Positions 9,895-18,700 of a stretch of 43,613 nt of DNA are shown here, in pieces. The position numbers and the translations under genes are program-made. Under the pieces are notes generated by a model. That model did not search any database. It was given only the letters and a program-made list of their open reading frames with translations, and was not told the DNA's origin. Within the stretch, counting starts at the first letter, position 1, and each line of letters begins with the position of its first letter. Source of the stretch: Candidatus Daviesbacteria bacterium (GTDB lineage Bacteria > Patescibacteriota > Microgenomatia > Daviesbacterales > UBA10151); NCBI GenBank assembly GCA_030646805.1, contig JAUSKZ010000034.1, positions 1-43,613 on the forward strand, read 5' to 3'.

Positions 9895-10845
9895 TTAAAT
9901 TATTAGCTTTTTAACCTCTCTTGTTTCTATTTGATATTTTGTAAAGCCTGATTTTTCCAAAAGATAAAAGATTAATAAAATAAGAGGAGATAGGATCAGG
10001 GAGAGGATGGAGACAACAGATTTTAAGCTGAAGAAAAATAATAATCCGATAGTTGGAGCAACGTAGGCAGTATAGGGTTTAACAATTGATTCCAGTTGAG
10101 ATTTTAATAATCTAGTATAAAGAGGTTCTTGGGTATTAGGCTTGTCTGCAACCCCTTTAACATCTTTGTTGATGAGTGAATCTAGGATTCCAGGGTCCAG
10201 TCCATATTGTTTTAAAGCTTCGGGATTTTGTTTTAGTAAATTAAGCTGTTCCGCAGTGATCTGGGTAAAGGATGCCTCTTTTGGAGAAGTTGTTGATTGA
10301 TCGTCTTCAAACGAAGGCAACTTTGGGGTAAATGATTTTAAATAAGAATTAATTAAACTATCAGGAAGAGCAAAACCGTTTTGTTTAATTTGCTGATCTA
10401 GAGCTAGATAAACTCCCAAAGAGATGACTAAAGCCAAAAGGGTGGAGAGGGTTTTAACAGAGGGAGATAAAAGGACGGTTGGTTGAAAATTAAGGTAAGT
10501 TGTTAAAGTCCGCTTCAGTAAAAAATAAATTAAGATTATCGCTAAAAATAAACCCAAGGTAAGATAAAAAGCTAGCGGTGTAGAGATTAAAAGTAGGGGA
10601 ACTAAAGATAAAACCCCAGCCCCTCCTAAAACATAAACCCAACTATCTTGAAAGCTTAAAAATATGACTACCAGTAATGAAGAGAGAAGCAAGAATCCTG
10701 AAGTCAGGACTATTTTTAGTAAAATATTTCCATCAATTGATAGGATTAAATAAGGATCCAAATAAAAAGCTCGACTCTGCCAAAAAAGCAGCAGTAAAAG
10801 ATAAAACGAGGGAATAATAAAAATTAACTTTTTAATATATTGCAC
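9895..10845 (-). CDS. polytopic membrane protein, hypothetical
   Basis: 316-aa ORF with multiple hydrophobic helices flanking a soluble central segment. GTG start. No family recognised. Confidence 0.6.
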   Translation of the reverse strand: MQYIKKLIFIIPSFYLLLLLFWQSRAFYLDPYLILSIDGNILLKIVLTSGFLLLSSLLVVIFLSFQDSWVYVLGGAGVLSLVPLLLISTPLAFYLTLGLFLAIILIYFLLKRTLTTYLNFQPTVLLSPSVKTLSTLLALVISLGVYLALDQQIKQNGFALPDSLINSYLKSFTPKLPSFEDDQSTTSPKEASFTQITAEQLNLLKQNPEALKQYGLDPGILDSLINKDVKGVADKPNTQEPLYTRLLKSQLESIVKPYTAYVAPTIGLLFFFSLKSVVSILSLILSPLILLIFYLLEKSGFTKYQIETREVKKLII

Positions 10846-10873
10846 TGCAAAATATCATAACATTTTAAGTAAA

Positions 10874-10882
10874 TGTTAAAAT
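10874..10882 (+). promoter_or_regulatory. extended -10 TGtTAAAAT upstream of the SpoU methyltransferase gene
   Basis: Followed by 9 nt, then ATG at 10892. Confidence 0.4.
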
Positions 10883-10891
10883 ACAACTTAA

Positions 10892-11410
10892 ATGAAAAGA
10901 TTTGCCGAAGTTAGTCGTGCCGAAAGAATAAAAAAAATTCTCTCCCAAAGAAGAGTAGATCTTGTCTTGGTTTTGGAAAATTTAGCTGAGGACCAGAACA
11001 TCTCGGCGATTTTGCGGACTGCTGAAGGGTTTGGGGTTGGCAGAATTTTTATTATCTATCCGGAAGGTAAGAAACCAAGATTATCTAATAATATCTCCTC
11101 CGGAGCCATTAAGTGGTTAGAGATAAAGTTTTATACTTCAACAGAGGTGTGCCTTGAGGAGTTAAAAAAAGAAGGGTTTAAGATATATGCTACCTATGTT
11201 AATCCAGAGGCTAAAAGTTTATGGAAGACAAAATTTCCCGGCAAGGTGGCCTTGGTAGTTGGTAATGAGGCCCAAGGAATCTCAGAAGAGGTGATAAAAT
11301 TTGCCGATAAAACAATTTATTTGCCGATGATGGGGATGACGGAAAGTTTTAACGTCTCGGTAGCTGCCGCGATTTTTTTATATGAGGTAGTCAGGCAAAA
11401 AGAAGGTTAG
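10892..11410 (+). CDS. SpoU/TrmH family RNA 2'-O-methyltransferase
   Basis: SPOUT motifs: NISAILRTAEGFGV, VVGNEAQGIS, IPMMGMTESFNVSVAAAIFLYE. Confidence 0.85.
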   Translation: MKRFAEVSRAERIKKILSQRRVDLVLVLENLAEDQNISAILRTAEGFGVGRIFIIYPEGKKPRLSNNISSGAIKWLEIKFYTSTEVCLEELKKEGFKIYATYVNPEAKSLWKTKFPGKVALVVGNEAQGISEEVIKFADKTIYLPMMGMTESFNVSVAAAIFLYEVVRQKEG

Positions 11411-11452
11411 CGATGAATTCTTTTGTTTTCTAGGTTACAATAAGATCAAGTC

Positions 11453-12619
11453 TTGACGTTCTCGCAGACTCGAACAATTATGTCAATTATGTCAGTGAAA
11501 ACAGTTTTACAACCGAAAGTTGCGATTGTCCACGATTACTTAAGAGAATATGGGGGAGCAGAGAGAGTTTTGGAAGCTCTTCATGAGATCTATCCTGAGG
11601 CACCAATATATACAGCCTATTTAAATTTGGAGGGACTTGGATTGCACCGAGAAAGAATTAAAGATTGGAATATTAAGACCTCGTGGCTTCAGAACTTGCC
11701 TTTGGCAAATTATTTAATCTCTCCACTTAGAATCCTCGCGCCGATGATCTTTGAAGGCTTTGATTTAAAAGAATATGACCTGGTGATCTCTTCTTGTAAT
11801 ACCTACTTTTCTAAAGCGGTTATTACTAAGCCAAATTCCTTACATATTAGTTATATCCATACCCCTCCGCGGTATTTATACGGCTATGCCACTTCATTTA
11901 ACTACAAAAAAAATCCCTTGACTCGGATATTAGGTGAGATCGCCAATCATTTTTTAAGGCTCTATGACTTTGAAGTCTCAGAGCGCCCGGATGTTTTAGT
12001 GGCTAATTCAAAAAATGTGGCCTCCCGGATTCAAAAGTTTTATCGCCGAGATTCGGTGGTGATTTATCCGCCGGTCGATATTGAAAAGTTTAAAAAAGCC
12101 CAAACGGCAGCCCGAGGGGATTATTTTTTATCGGTGGGTCGTTTAGTCCGAGGTAAGGGGGTGGATATTATCGTTAGAGCTTGTTCGGAGTTGGGGGTAC
12201 CCTTAAAAGTGGTGGGGAGTGGGCCGGAGCTTGCAGTATTAAGAAGATTGGCTGGCAGGAGCGTTGAGTTTATAGGGTCAGTTGCTGATACCGATCTGCC
12301 GTCCTTTTACGCCAACGCTCAGGCGACAATTGTGGCCTCAGTTGATGAGGATTTTGGGATAGTTCCTGTTGAATCAATGGCCTCTGGTACTCCGGTGATA
12401 GCTTTTGCCGGTGGAGGGTTTTTAGAAACAGTAATCAGTGGCAAAACCGGAGAGTTTTTTAAGGAGGCAACTGCTGAGTCTTTAATCCGGGTGCTCGAAA
12501 ATTTTGAAGGGTCGAGATACGAATCCGAAGACTGTCAAAAGCAAGCTGAAAAATTCTCTGAGGATATTTTTAAAAGGCAGATTTTGAAATTAGTTGCAGA
12601 TCACTTAAAGATTAATTAG
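11453..12619 (+). CDS. GT4 (group 1) glycosyltransferase
   Basis: VAIVHDYLREYGGAERV N-terminus and the E-x7-E region EDFGIVPVESMASGTPVIA. True start may be an internal ATG (11480). Confidence 0.85.
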   Translation: MTFSQTRTIMSIMSVKTVLQPKVAIVHDYLREYGGAERVLEALHEIYPEAPIYTAYLNLEGLGLHRERIKDWNIKTSWLQNLPLANYLISPLRILAPMIFEGFDLKEYDLVISSCNTYFSKAVITKPNSLHISYIHTPPRYLYGYATSFNYKKNPLTRILGEIANHFLRLYDFEVSERPDVLVANSKNVASRIQKFYRRDSVVIYPPVDIEKFKKAQTAARGDYFLSVGRLVRGKGVDIIVRACSELGVPLKVVGSGPELAVLRRLAGRSVEFIGSVADTDLPSFYANAQATIVASVDEDFGIVPVESMASGTPVIAFAGGGFLETVISGKTGEFFKEATAESLIRVLENFEGSRYESEDCQKQAEKFSEDIFKRQILKLVADHLKIN

Positions 12620-12634
12620 AATACTTAAATAAAG

Positions 12635-12904
12635 ATGCGTGAGTTTCATAATTCTAATGGAATAGTTCCGTCTCCAGAAGATATGGTGATTTTGGAAGCT
12701 TCTCGCTTGGCTGAAGGAAAAACCAGAGGAGTGGGTGGTAAGCCAAATCCAATTTCAGAGGCAGAATCTCGCCGGGCCTTTCCGGATATATATGATGATT
12801 TAGAGTCAAGAGCTCCTTTTTATCCTGAATGGATGTATGCCTTAGGTAATCGCTGGACTACTTTAAAAGGTCGGGTCAGTAAAATATTTAATCCTAGGCA
12901 GTAA
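12635..12904 (+). CDS. hypothetical protein
   Basis: 89-aa ORF in a tight gene string. No motif recognised. Confidence 0.45.
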   Translation: MREFHNSNGIVPSPEDMVILEASRLAEGKTRGVGGKPNPISEAESRRAFPDIYDDLESRAPFYPEWMYALGNRWTTLKGRVSKIFNPRQ

Positions 12905-12921
12905 ATAATCCGTCCTCTGTT

Positions 12922-13770
12922 ATGCCAGAACTTCCTGAGGTTGAAACAATTAAATTAGGGTTACAAGGCCAAGTGGTAGGTCAAACTATCAAAAAAATTG
13001 AGGTTTTAACCCCTAAATCTTTTCAGGGTGATCCTCGGAACGTTAATGGCCAGAAGATTAGTAATGTTTTTAGAAGAGCCAAGATGTTAGGCGTTGAGCT
13101 GGGGAACAGTTGGATCGTTTTGTTCCATCTTAAGATGACTGGTCAAATTATATTAGTAAGTAATAGGGCAAGATTTGTCGGTGGACACCCGACCAGCGAT
13201 ATTCAAGGAGAGATGCCAAATAACTCAACCAGAGTAATTTTTGAGTTAGATAACGGATCAAAGATTTATTTTAATGATCAGAGAAAATTTGGCTGGGTAA
13301 AAGCTATCAGCTCAAAGCTAATAGCTAATAGCTTTAATAGTTTGGGGCCTGAACCGCTAGAAGAAACTTTTACCCTGGATGTTTTTAAATCGCAACTTCA
13401 AAAGAGAAAAAATACTCCAGTGAAAGTGGTAATTATGGATCAAACAGTCGTGGCTGGAGTTGGGAACATTTATGCTTGCGAGGCCTTGTTTATGGCCAAT
13501 ATTTTACCTACCAGACGGATCAAGGACTTAACTCCAAAAGAGGTCAGTAAGTTGCATCAAGCCATCGTTGACGTTTTAACTTTAGGGATCAAGCACGGCG
13601 GATCAAGTAGGAGCCATTATGTGAACTCAGAGGGCAAAAAGGGTCACTTTTTAGACTTTGCTTTTGTTTATAACCGATCCGGAGAGAGTTGTCGAACCTG
13701 TCAGGAGGTTATTAATAAAACAGTAGTTGGAGGCAGGGGAACATTCTTTTGTAGGTTTTGCCAACGGTAG
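12922..13770 (+). CDS. mutM: formamidopyrimidine-DNA glycosylase
   Basis: Catalytic N-terminus MPELPEVE, H2TH region, and a C-terminal C4 zinc finger CRTC...CRFC. Confidence 0.9.
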   Translation: MPELPEVETIKLGLQGQVVGQTIKKIEVLTPKSFQGDPRNVNGQKISNVFRRAKMLGVELGNSWIVLFHLKMTGQIILVSNRARFVGGHPTSDIQGEMPNNSTRVIFELDNGSKIYFNDQRKFGWVKAISSKLIANSFNSLGPEPLEETFTLDVFKSQLQKRKNTPVKVVIMDQTVVAGVGNIYACEALFMANILPTRRIKDLTPKEVSKLHQAIVDVLTLGIKHGGSSRSHYVNSEGKKGHFLDFAFVYNRSGESCRTCQEVINKTVVGGRGTFFCRFCQR

Positions 13771-13811
13771 CCTCAAGCTATTTCAGGTGATATACTTCAC
13801 TAATCGGTTAT

Positions 13812-15206
13812 ATGAGTGACAACCCCACCTATTCCTCTGTCCTTTCCAACCGAGGCTTTCGGTTTTTATGGTTTAACCAGATTTTGGTTCAACTAGCCTA
13901 CAACACCCTAAACTTTGCCCTGATCTTGTGGGTTTTTAAGCTGACCGATACTAATTTAGCTTTATCGGCCTTAATGTTGGCTATTTTTATCCCCAACGTC
14001 CTTTTTGGAATGTTTGCTGGAGTCTTTGTTGATATCTTTGATCGCCGGAAAATAATTATTTTAATAGATCTATTTTTAATTATCGCCTTTGTTATATTTC
14101 TATTTGTTAAACACTCATTTCCTTTGATTCTACTCAATACCTTTTTGGTAAACTCTCTAGCAACTTTTTTCATGCCGTCTGAGAGCTCGTCGATCCCAAT
14201 GTTAATCCCTAAAAAGCTGCTCTTTTTAGCCAATTCACTCTTCTCTTTAACTTTATATGGATCGTTTATGCTAGGTTTTACAATCGGCGGGCCGGTTCTT
14301 AATAACTGGGGGATCAACGCTTTATTTATGATGGGAATATTGATGATGATATTGGCCTTATTTACTGCCACCCGTTTGCCAAAGATAAAATCTGAAAGAC
14401 GGGATGAGAAGTATCAAAACCTATTATCTTTTGATGGGGTGGGGAGGTTGGCAAAACTGGTGACCGAGGAGTCTCGGGAAGCCTTAATGTTTATTAAGGG
14501 AAAGCTGACAATCTCTGTATCAATCGGCCTTTTATCGGTAGTCCAGGGAATAGTTGGAATTTTAGCAGTCATGCTCCCCTCATACCTCGAAAGAATTTTA
14601 AAAATCCACGCTACGGATTCCTCTTATTTTGTGATGTTGCCCCTGGGGTTAGGGATGGTCTCAGGAGCCTTTTTGATGGGACGCGTGTTTCACCGTATAC
14701 CTCGGCGGTCTTTGGTCATTCCGGCGGTTATCGGAGTTGGGATACTGTTTATCTTGGTGGGGACAGTTCCAACTATTGCTGATTATTTAAAATCTTCAGA
14801 GTTAACCCAAAATATCTCCCGACCCCGTTATTTTTTCCGGGCTCCTTCCCTGGTCTCATTTTTTGCATTGGGAGCTTTTATTTTAGGACTTTTAACTGTC
14901 TCAATTATTATCCCTTGTCAGACAGTTTTACAAGAGAGTGCCAATCAAAAAAACCGAGGAAAGATCTTTGCCGTTTTATCGGTTTTTATGACCGCCTTTT
15001 CGGCCATTCCGGTTCTTTTATCGGGGTTTTTATCTGATCTCTTTGGAGTAACCCCAATATTTTTGGGGTTAGGAGTATTAATTTTAGCCGGTGGTCTCTT
15101 GGCCCTTCGCCCGAATTTATTTTTTCCTCAAGCATATCTGCCAATCAAATTAAAAGAGTTTTTGGGACTCGGCCACTGGCAGGAGAATTTTAATACCAAA
15201 GGTTGA
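13812..15206 (+). CDS. MFS transporter
   Basis: About 12 hydrophobic helices with a central loop. N-terminal FRFLWFNQILVQLAYN is typical of MFS_3-like exporters. Confidence 0.8.
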   Translation: MSDNPTYSSVLSNRGFRFLWFNQILVQLAYNTLNFALILWVFKLTDTNLALSALMLAIFIPNVLFGMFAGVFVDIFDRRKIIILIDLFLIIAFVIFLFVKHSFPLILLNTFLVNSLATFFMPSESSSIPMLIPKKLLFLANSLFSLTLYGSFMLGFTIGGPVLNNWGINALFMMGILMMILALFTATRLPKIKSERRDEKYQNLLSFDGVGRLAKLVTEESREALMFIKGKLTISVSIGLLSVVQGIVGILAVMLPSYLERILKIHATDSSYFVMLPLGLGMVSGAFLMGRVFHRIPRRSLVIPAVIGVGILFILVGTVPTIADYLKSSELTQNISRPRYFFRAPSLVSFFALGAFILGLLTVSIIIPCQTVLQESANQKNRGKIFAVLSVFMTAFSAIPVLLSGFLSDLFGVTPIFLGLGVLILAGGLLALRPNLFFPQAYLPIKLKEFLGLGHWQENFNTKG

Positions 15207-15231
15207 TTAATCGCCTCGCTTTAGATACGAT
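15203..15231 (+). promoter_or_regulatory. TTGATT-N17-TACGAT promoter for recF
   Basis: The -35 overlaps the MFS stop codon. The -10 ends 6 nt before ATG 15238. Confidence 0.5.
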
Positions 15232-15237
15232 CGCCCC

Positions 15238-16353
15238 ATGTTTTTGCAAACTTTAAATTTAAGCAATTTTCGAAATTTTAGTAAAGCTCAGGTGGAGTTT
15301 GAGGAACTAACTCTCTTTATTGGAGACAACGCTCAAGGCAAATCAAATATCTTAGAGGCAATCTATTTTTTAGCCACCACTAAATCTTATAAAGCCGATA
15401 AAGATTCCAATCTAATCTCCTCTCAGCAAGAAGTTTGCCGGGTTGAGGGAGAGTTAAAAGAGAATAGTATGGATCTGACTCAGCTTGAGATAGTCATGCA
15501 GGCCGCAGGTACTGGAAGTATTGTAAATACTGGAGGTACTGGAAACGTTGACGAGCCGAGTTTTTTAAAGAGGGTAAAAGTTAATGGAGTTTCAAAAAGA
15601 GTCGTCGATTATATTGGTAATTTAGTGGTGATATTTTTCTCCCCGGAAGATATGAACTTAATAATAGGTTCACCCTCAACGAGGCGTTGGCACATTGACC
15701 TAACTTTAGCCCAGGTGGACAGGGTTTATAAAAAAGCTATCTCAGTTTATAGTGAAGCCATAACTTCCCGTAACCGGGTTTTAAAAAGGATCAGGGAAGA
15801 GGTTGCCAGAGCCGGTGAACTTGAATATTGGACCAAGCAGATTTTGGAAAATGGGTTAATTATCCAACAAAAAAGGACTGAATTTTTTAATAACTTAAAC
15901 CTCCAAATCCCTAAATTAGGTTTGGAGGCTGGATTTTTAAAAGATTTAACTTTGATTTATAAGGAGAGCTTAATTAGCCAGGAACGCTTAGAGACTTACC
16001 AGAGCCGGGAGATCGCCGCCGCCACTACTTTAATTGGGCCTCACAGGGACGATTTTGCGATGTTTGCAGGGGAAAGAAACCTATTTTTATTTGGTTCCAG
16101 GGGCGAGATCAGGACGGCCATCTTAGATTTAAAATTGGCTGAGCTGGAATATGTCAGTCAAATAAAGGGTTCCCGGGCTGTTTTACTGTTGGATGATATC
16201 TTTTCGGAGCTTGACGAAAAACACCGGGAGTATGTTGTTTCCTTGGTCTCCGGCCAGCAAACTATCATTACTGCTATAGAAAAAGGTGAGGTTCCGCAGT
16301 CGTTACTTAAAAAAGCTAAGATAATTACTGTGAGTCTCGGAGAGTTAGTCTGA
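15238..16353 (+). CDS. recF: DNA replication/repair protein RecF
   Basis: LSNFRNF...GDNAQGKSNILEAI (Walker A), signature region GSRGE, Walker B LLLDDIFSELD. Confidence 0.9.
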   Translation: MFLQTLNLSNFRNFSKAQVEFEELTLFIGDNAQGKSNILEAIYFLATTKSYKADKDSNLISSQQEVCRVEGELKENSMDLTQLEIVMQAAGTGSIVNTGGTGNVDEPSFLKRVKVNGVSKRVVDYIGNLVVIFFSPEDMNLIIGSPSTRRWHIDLTLAQVDRVYKKAISVYSEAITSRNRVLKRIREEVARAGELEYWTKQILENGLIIQQKRTEFFNNLNLQIPKLGLEAGFLKDLTLIYKESLISQERLETYQSREIAAATTLIGPHRDDFAMFAGERNLFLFGSRGEIRTAILDLKLAELEYVSQIKGSRAVLLLDDIFSELDEKHREYVVSLVSGQQTIITAIEKGEVPQSLLKKAKIITVSLGELV

Positions 16354-16632
16354 CTGGTGTCGGTGCAGTTTGGCAGCCAATTTTGACAGTTGATAGATCA
16401 CAAGAACCACCAATATTGTCAATAAGATTGCATAAAAAAACCTAAAGATCACTCCCGAGGAAACCGGGAAAAACTTTTCAATATACTCTTTGACAAAGCT
16501 TTGGATCGCTTCGTTCCAAGCTAACGCTGCCACAAGTCCAAAGCCGGAGGTCGCCAGGTTTAACATCTGGGAGACGAGCTCTTCCTTAAAAGATTTTTCT
16601 TTTTGAACCTTTGATTTTTTGGAAATAGCCAT
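16345..16632 (-). CDS. small two-TM membrane protein, hypothetical
   Basis: ORF 16345..16635. I prefer the ATG at 16632 because TAGAAT lies 6 nt upstream. Two hydrophobic segments. Its 3' end overlaps the recF 3' end by 9 nt. Confidence 0.6.
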   Translation of the reverse strand: MAISKKSKVQKEKSFKEELVSQMLNLATSGFGLVAALAWNEAIQSFVKEYIEKFFPVSSGVIFRFFYAILLTILVVLVIYQLSKLAAKLHRHQSD

Positions 16633-16638
16633 CAAATC

Positions 16639-16667
16639 ATTCTAAATTATCTCCTATGTGATCTCAA
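16639..16667 (-). promoter_or_regulatory. TTGAGA-N17-TAGAAT promoter for the small membrane protein gene
   Basis: Read on the minus strand. The -10 ends 6 nt before ATG 16632. Confidence 0.55.
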
Positions 16668-16701
16668 GAGGTATTTAGATGAGGTAATTTTGCGGTAATT
16701 A

Positions 16702-16710
16702 TGCAATAAT
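16702..16710 (+). promoter_or_regulatory. extended -10 TGcAATAAT, candidate dedA promoter
   Basis: Would start transcription near 16717, just before the first hairpin unit. Confidence 0.35.
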
Positions 16711-16719
16711 TCTCCAAGA

Positions 16720-16843
16720 GAGAATTATTGGGCGGTGAAACCGACCTACCTTTCTAAAAAGATTAGTAATTGTCGGGCAGCCTTAGCTGACCTACCTCTG
16801 TAAAAGGAACGAGAATCATCGGGCGGTGAAACCGACCTACCTT
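16720..16843 (+). promoter_or_regulatory. three tandem hairpin units (candidate structured 5' leader of dedA or iteron-like sites)
   Basis: Units at 16730-16751, 16775-16797 and 16821-16842, each GGG-[4-bp stem/loop]-ACCTACCT. The outer 33-mers (16720-16752, 16811-16843) differ at 2 positions. Confidence 0.5.
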
Positions 16844-16857
16844 GTAGCAGTAAACAT

Positions 16858-17559
16858 ATGAACAATTTCAGCCAGTTTATCTTTAAAATTTTAAAAAGTG
16901 ATACTCTGATCCCAATTATTTTAATCATAACCTATCTGATATTTGTTATCGTGGCCCGGGGAACTCTACCTCCTCCAGAGGAACTTCTTAAAACTTTTGC
17001 CAGATTTTATGAGCAGTATGGTTATGAGATTATCTTTGTAAGCGCCCTGCTTGAGAGTTTAATCTTGATAAATTTACTGGTTCCGGGAACAGTTGCCCTC
17101 GGAATGGGAGCAGTTTTTGCAAGTACCGGTCAAGTTGAGCTAACTCTGGTAATTTTAACAGCTTTTGCTGGAGCAATTTTAGGATACGCAATTGATTACC
17201 TACTAGGCTATTTGGGGATAGGGGAGATCTTAGATAAGGTTGGTCAAAGGCAGATTTTGGTTCTGGCTAAGAAACAGTTAAAGGTTTTGGGGACTCGGGG
17301 TTTAATTTTAGGATTTATTAGTCCCAACGTTGGAGCTTACTTATCACTGGCCGCCGGAGCTTTGAAACTAAGCTTAAAAGAGTTTCTCCCGATTGCCTTA
17401 ATTTCCAGTCTAGTTTGGCTAACTCTTTGGGGTTTACTTTTCTACTTTGTGGGTGAGGCAATATTGACCATAGTTATAAAATATTGGCTAGGGGTCTTTG
17501 TTGTAGTTTTTGGGGGCATGATCTTAGTTAAATTTTGGAATAGACAGGAGAGTGACTAA
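16858..17559 (+). CDS. DedA/VTT-domain family membrane protein
   Basis: LLESLILINLLVPGTV and the following glycine-rich TM helices are typical of DedA (SNARE-associated) proteins. Confidence 0.8.
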   Translation: MNNFSQFIFKILKSDTLIPIILIITYLIFVIVARGTLPPPEELLKTFARFYEQYGYEIIFVSALLESLILINLLVPGTVALGMGAVFASTGQVELTLVILTAFAGAILGYAIDYLLGYLGIGEILDKVGQRQILVLAKKQLKVLGTRGLILGFISPNVGAYLSLAAGALKLSLKEFLPIALISSLVWLTLWGLLFYFVGEAILTIVIKYWLGVFVVVFGGMILVKFWNRQESD

Positions 17560-18635
17560 TGTTTGTCCCTAAATATACCATCACCAATAAAACCTTAAAA
17601 AATATTGGGGTGATTGACGCCTCGCGGGAGGTAATTTTAAACGCCCCGTTAATTCCGGCTTGGGAAGCTAAATTTAGAAGAGAGGCCCTGGAGAGAACGG
17701 TTCACCACGGAACTCACCTTGAAGGAAATCAATTATCTTTTGAACAAGCTCAGGAAGTTTTGGATGGCAGGACAGTTACGGCTCGAGAGAGGGATATTCA
17801 AGAGGTAATTAACCTTCGGAACGTCTTAAAGTTTATTGACTCCATCTTCGATAAAATTGGTTCTGGTAAATCCTATATTTTAACCCTGGACACGATTTTT
17901 GAAATTCACCGGATAACCATGGAGAAGCTTTTAGGAGAGGGACAAACTGGCAAAGTTAGAGGGCGCCAGGTAGTAATTAGAAATACTCAAACTGGACAAA
18001 TTACTTATACCCCTCCTCCGGCGGTTGAAGTTCCGTTTTTAATGGAAGATTTGATTAATTGGGTTAACTCTGAATCCTCTTCAGATTTCCATCCAGTAAT
18101 CAAAGCCGCTATCATCCATTATGAGGTTGCCAGAATCCACCCTTTTGTTGATGGAAACGGCCGGGTAGCCCGGGCCTTGGCCACGCTAATCCTATTTTTA
18201 GAAGGCTATGATATTAAAAAGTTCTTTTCACTTGAGGAGTATTTTGACGCTGATCAGATGAATTATTACTTAACTTTACAGGCAATCTCCAATCAATTGG
18301 TTTTAGATAACCACGAGCGGGACTTAACACCTTGGTTGGATTATTTTGTGGAAGGGGTAGCGATTGAGTTAAATAGAATTAAAGAACGGGTCAGGCGAAT
18401 CTCGGTGGATTCCCGGGTTAAAGATAAATTAGGATCACAGCTGACCTTAAATGAGAGGCAGATGATGATTATGGAGTACTTACACCGCAATAAAGAGATG
18501 CGCAATAAAGATTTTAGAAAAATCTTTCCAGATCACTCCGACGATACGGTATTACGGGAGATAAGGTTTTTAAAACAAAAGGGACTGGTTAAAAAAACTG
18601 GTGGGACTAAAAATGCAGTCTATGTTTTACGCTAG
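17559..18635 (+). CDS. Fic family protein with C-terminal winged-helix-like region
   Basis: Canonical Fic motif HPFVDGNGRVARAL. N-terminal THLEGN resembles the cis inhibitory-helix motif. Start overlaps the dedA stop (TAATG). Confidence 0.9.
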   Translation: MFVPKYTITNKTLKNIGVIDASREVILNAPLIPAWEAKFRREALERTVHHGTHLEGNQLSFEQAQEVLDGRTVTARERDIQEVINLRNVLKFIDSIFDKIGSGKSYILTLDTIFEIHRITMEKLLGEGQTGKVRGRQVVIRNTQTGQITYTPPPAVEVPFLMEDLINWVNSESSSDFHPVIKAAIIHYEVARIHPFVDGNGRVARALATLILFLEGYDIKKFFSLEEYFDADQMNYYLTLQAISNQLVLDNHERDLTPWLDYFVEGVAIELNRIKERVRRISVDSRVKDKLGSQLTLNERQMMIMEYLHRNKEMRNKDFRKIFPDHSDDTVLREIRFLKQKGLVKKTGGTKNAVYVLR

Positions 18636-18700
18636 GAAAACTCAAGCTTTGGTACGACAAAGCGAGTGCCGCTTATGTTTTACGCTAGGAAAACTGAAGC
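18621..18700. repeat. 27-nt direct repeat (1 mismatch), 53-nt period
   Basis: TATGTTTTACGCTAGGAAAACTcAAGC at 18621-18647 and TATGTTTTACGCTAGGAAAACTgAAGC at 18674-18700. Confidence 0.9.

Noticed and set aside
15507-15545. 11-nt direct repeat AGGTACTGGAA 27 nt apart inside recF (GTGSIVNTGGTGN)
   Set aside because: It is a short repeat encoding a low-complexity Gly/Thr loop. It is plausibly a small lineage-specific loop expansion and not a distinct element.
16720-16843. Possible mini CRISPR array (33-nt repeats at 16720 and 16811)
   Set aside because: There are only two near-identical copies plus one divergent middle copy. The unit spacing is 45-46 nt with no spacer-like unique segments of normal length. 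There are no cas genes. The middle unit changes by compensatory stem mutations, which fits a structured regulatory element better.
16746-16928. Minus-strand 60-aa ORF spanning the dedA start and the hairpin units
   Set aside because: It runs through the repeat units and the dedA N-terminus, with no start context. It is most likely spurious.
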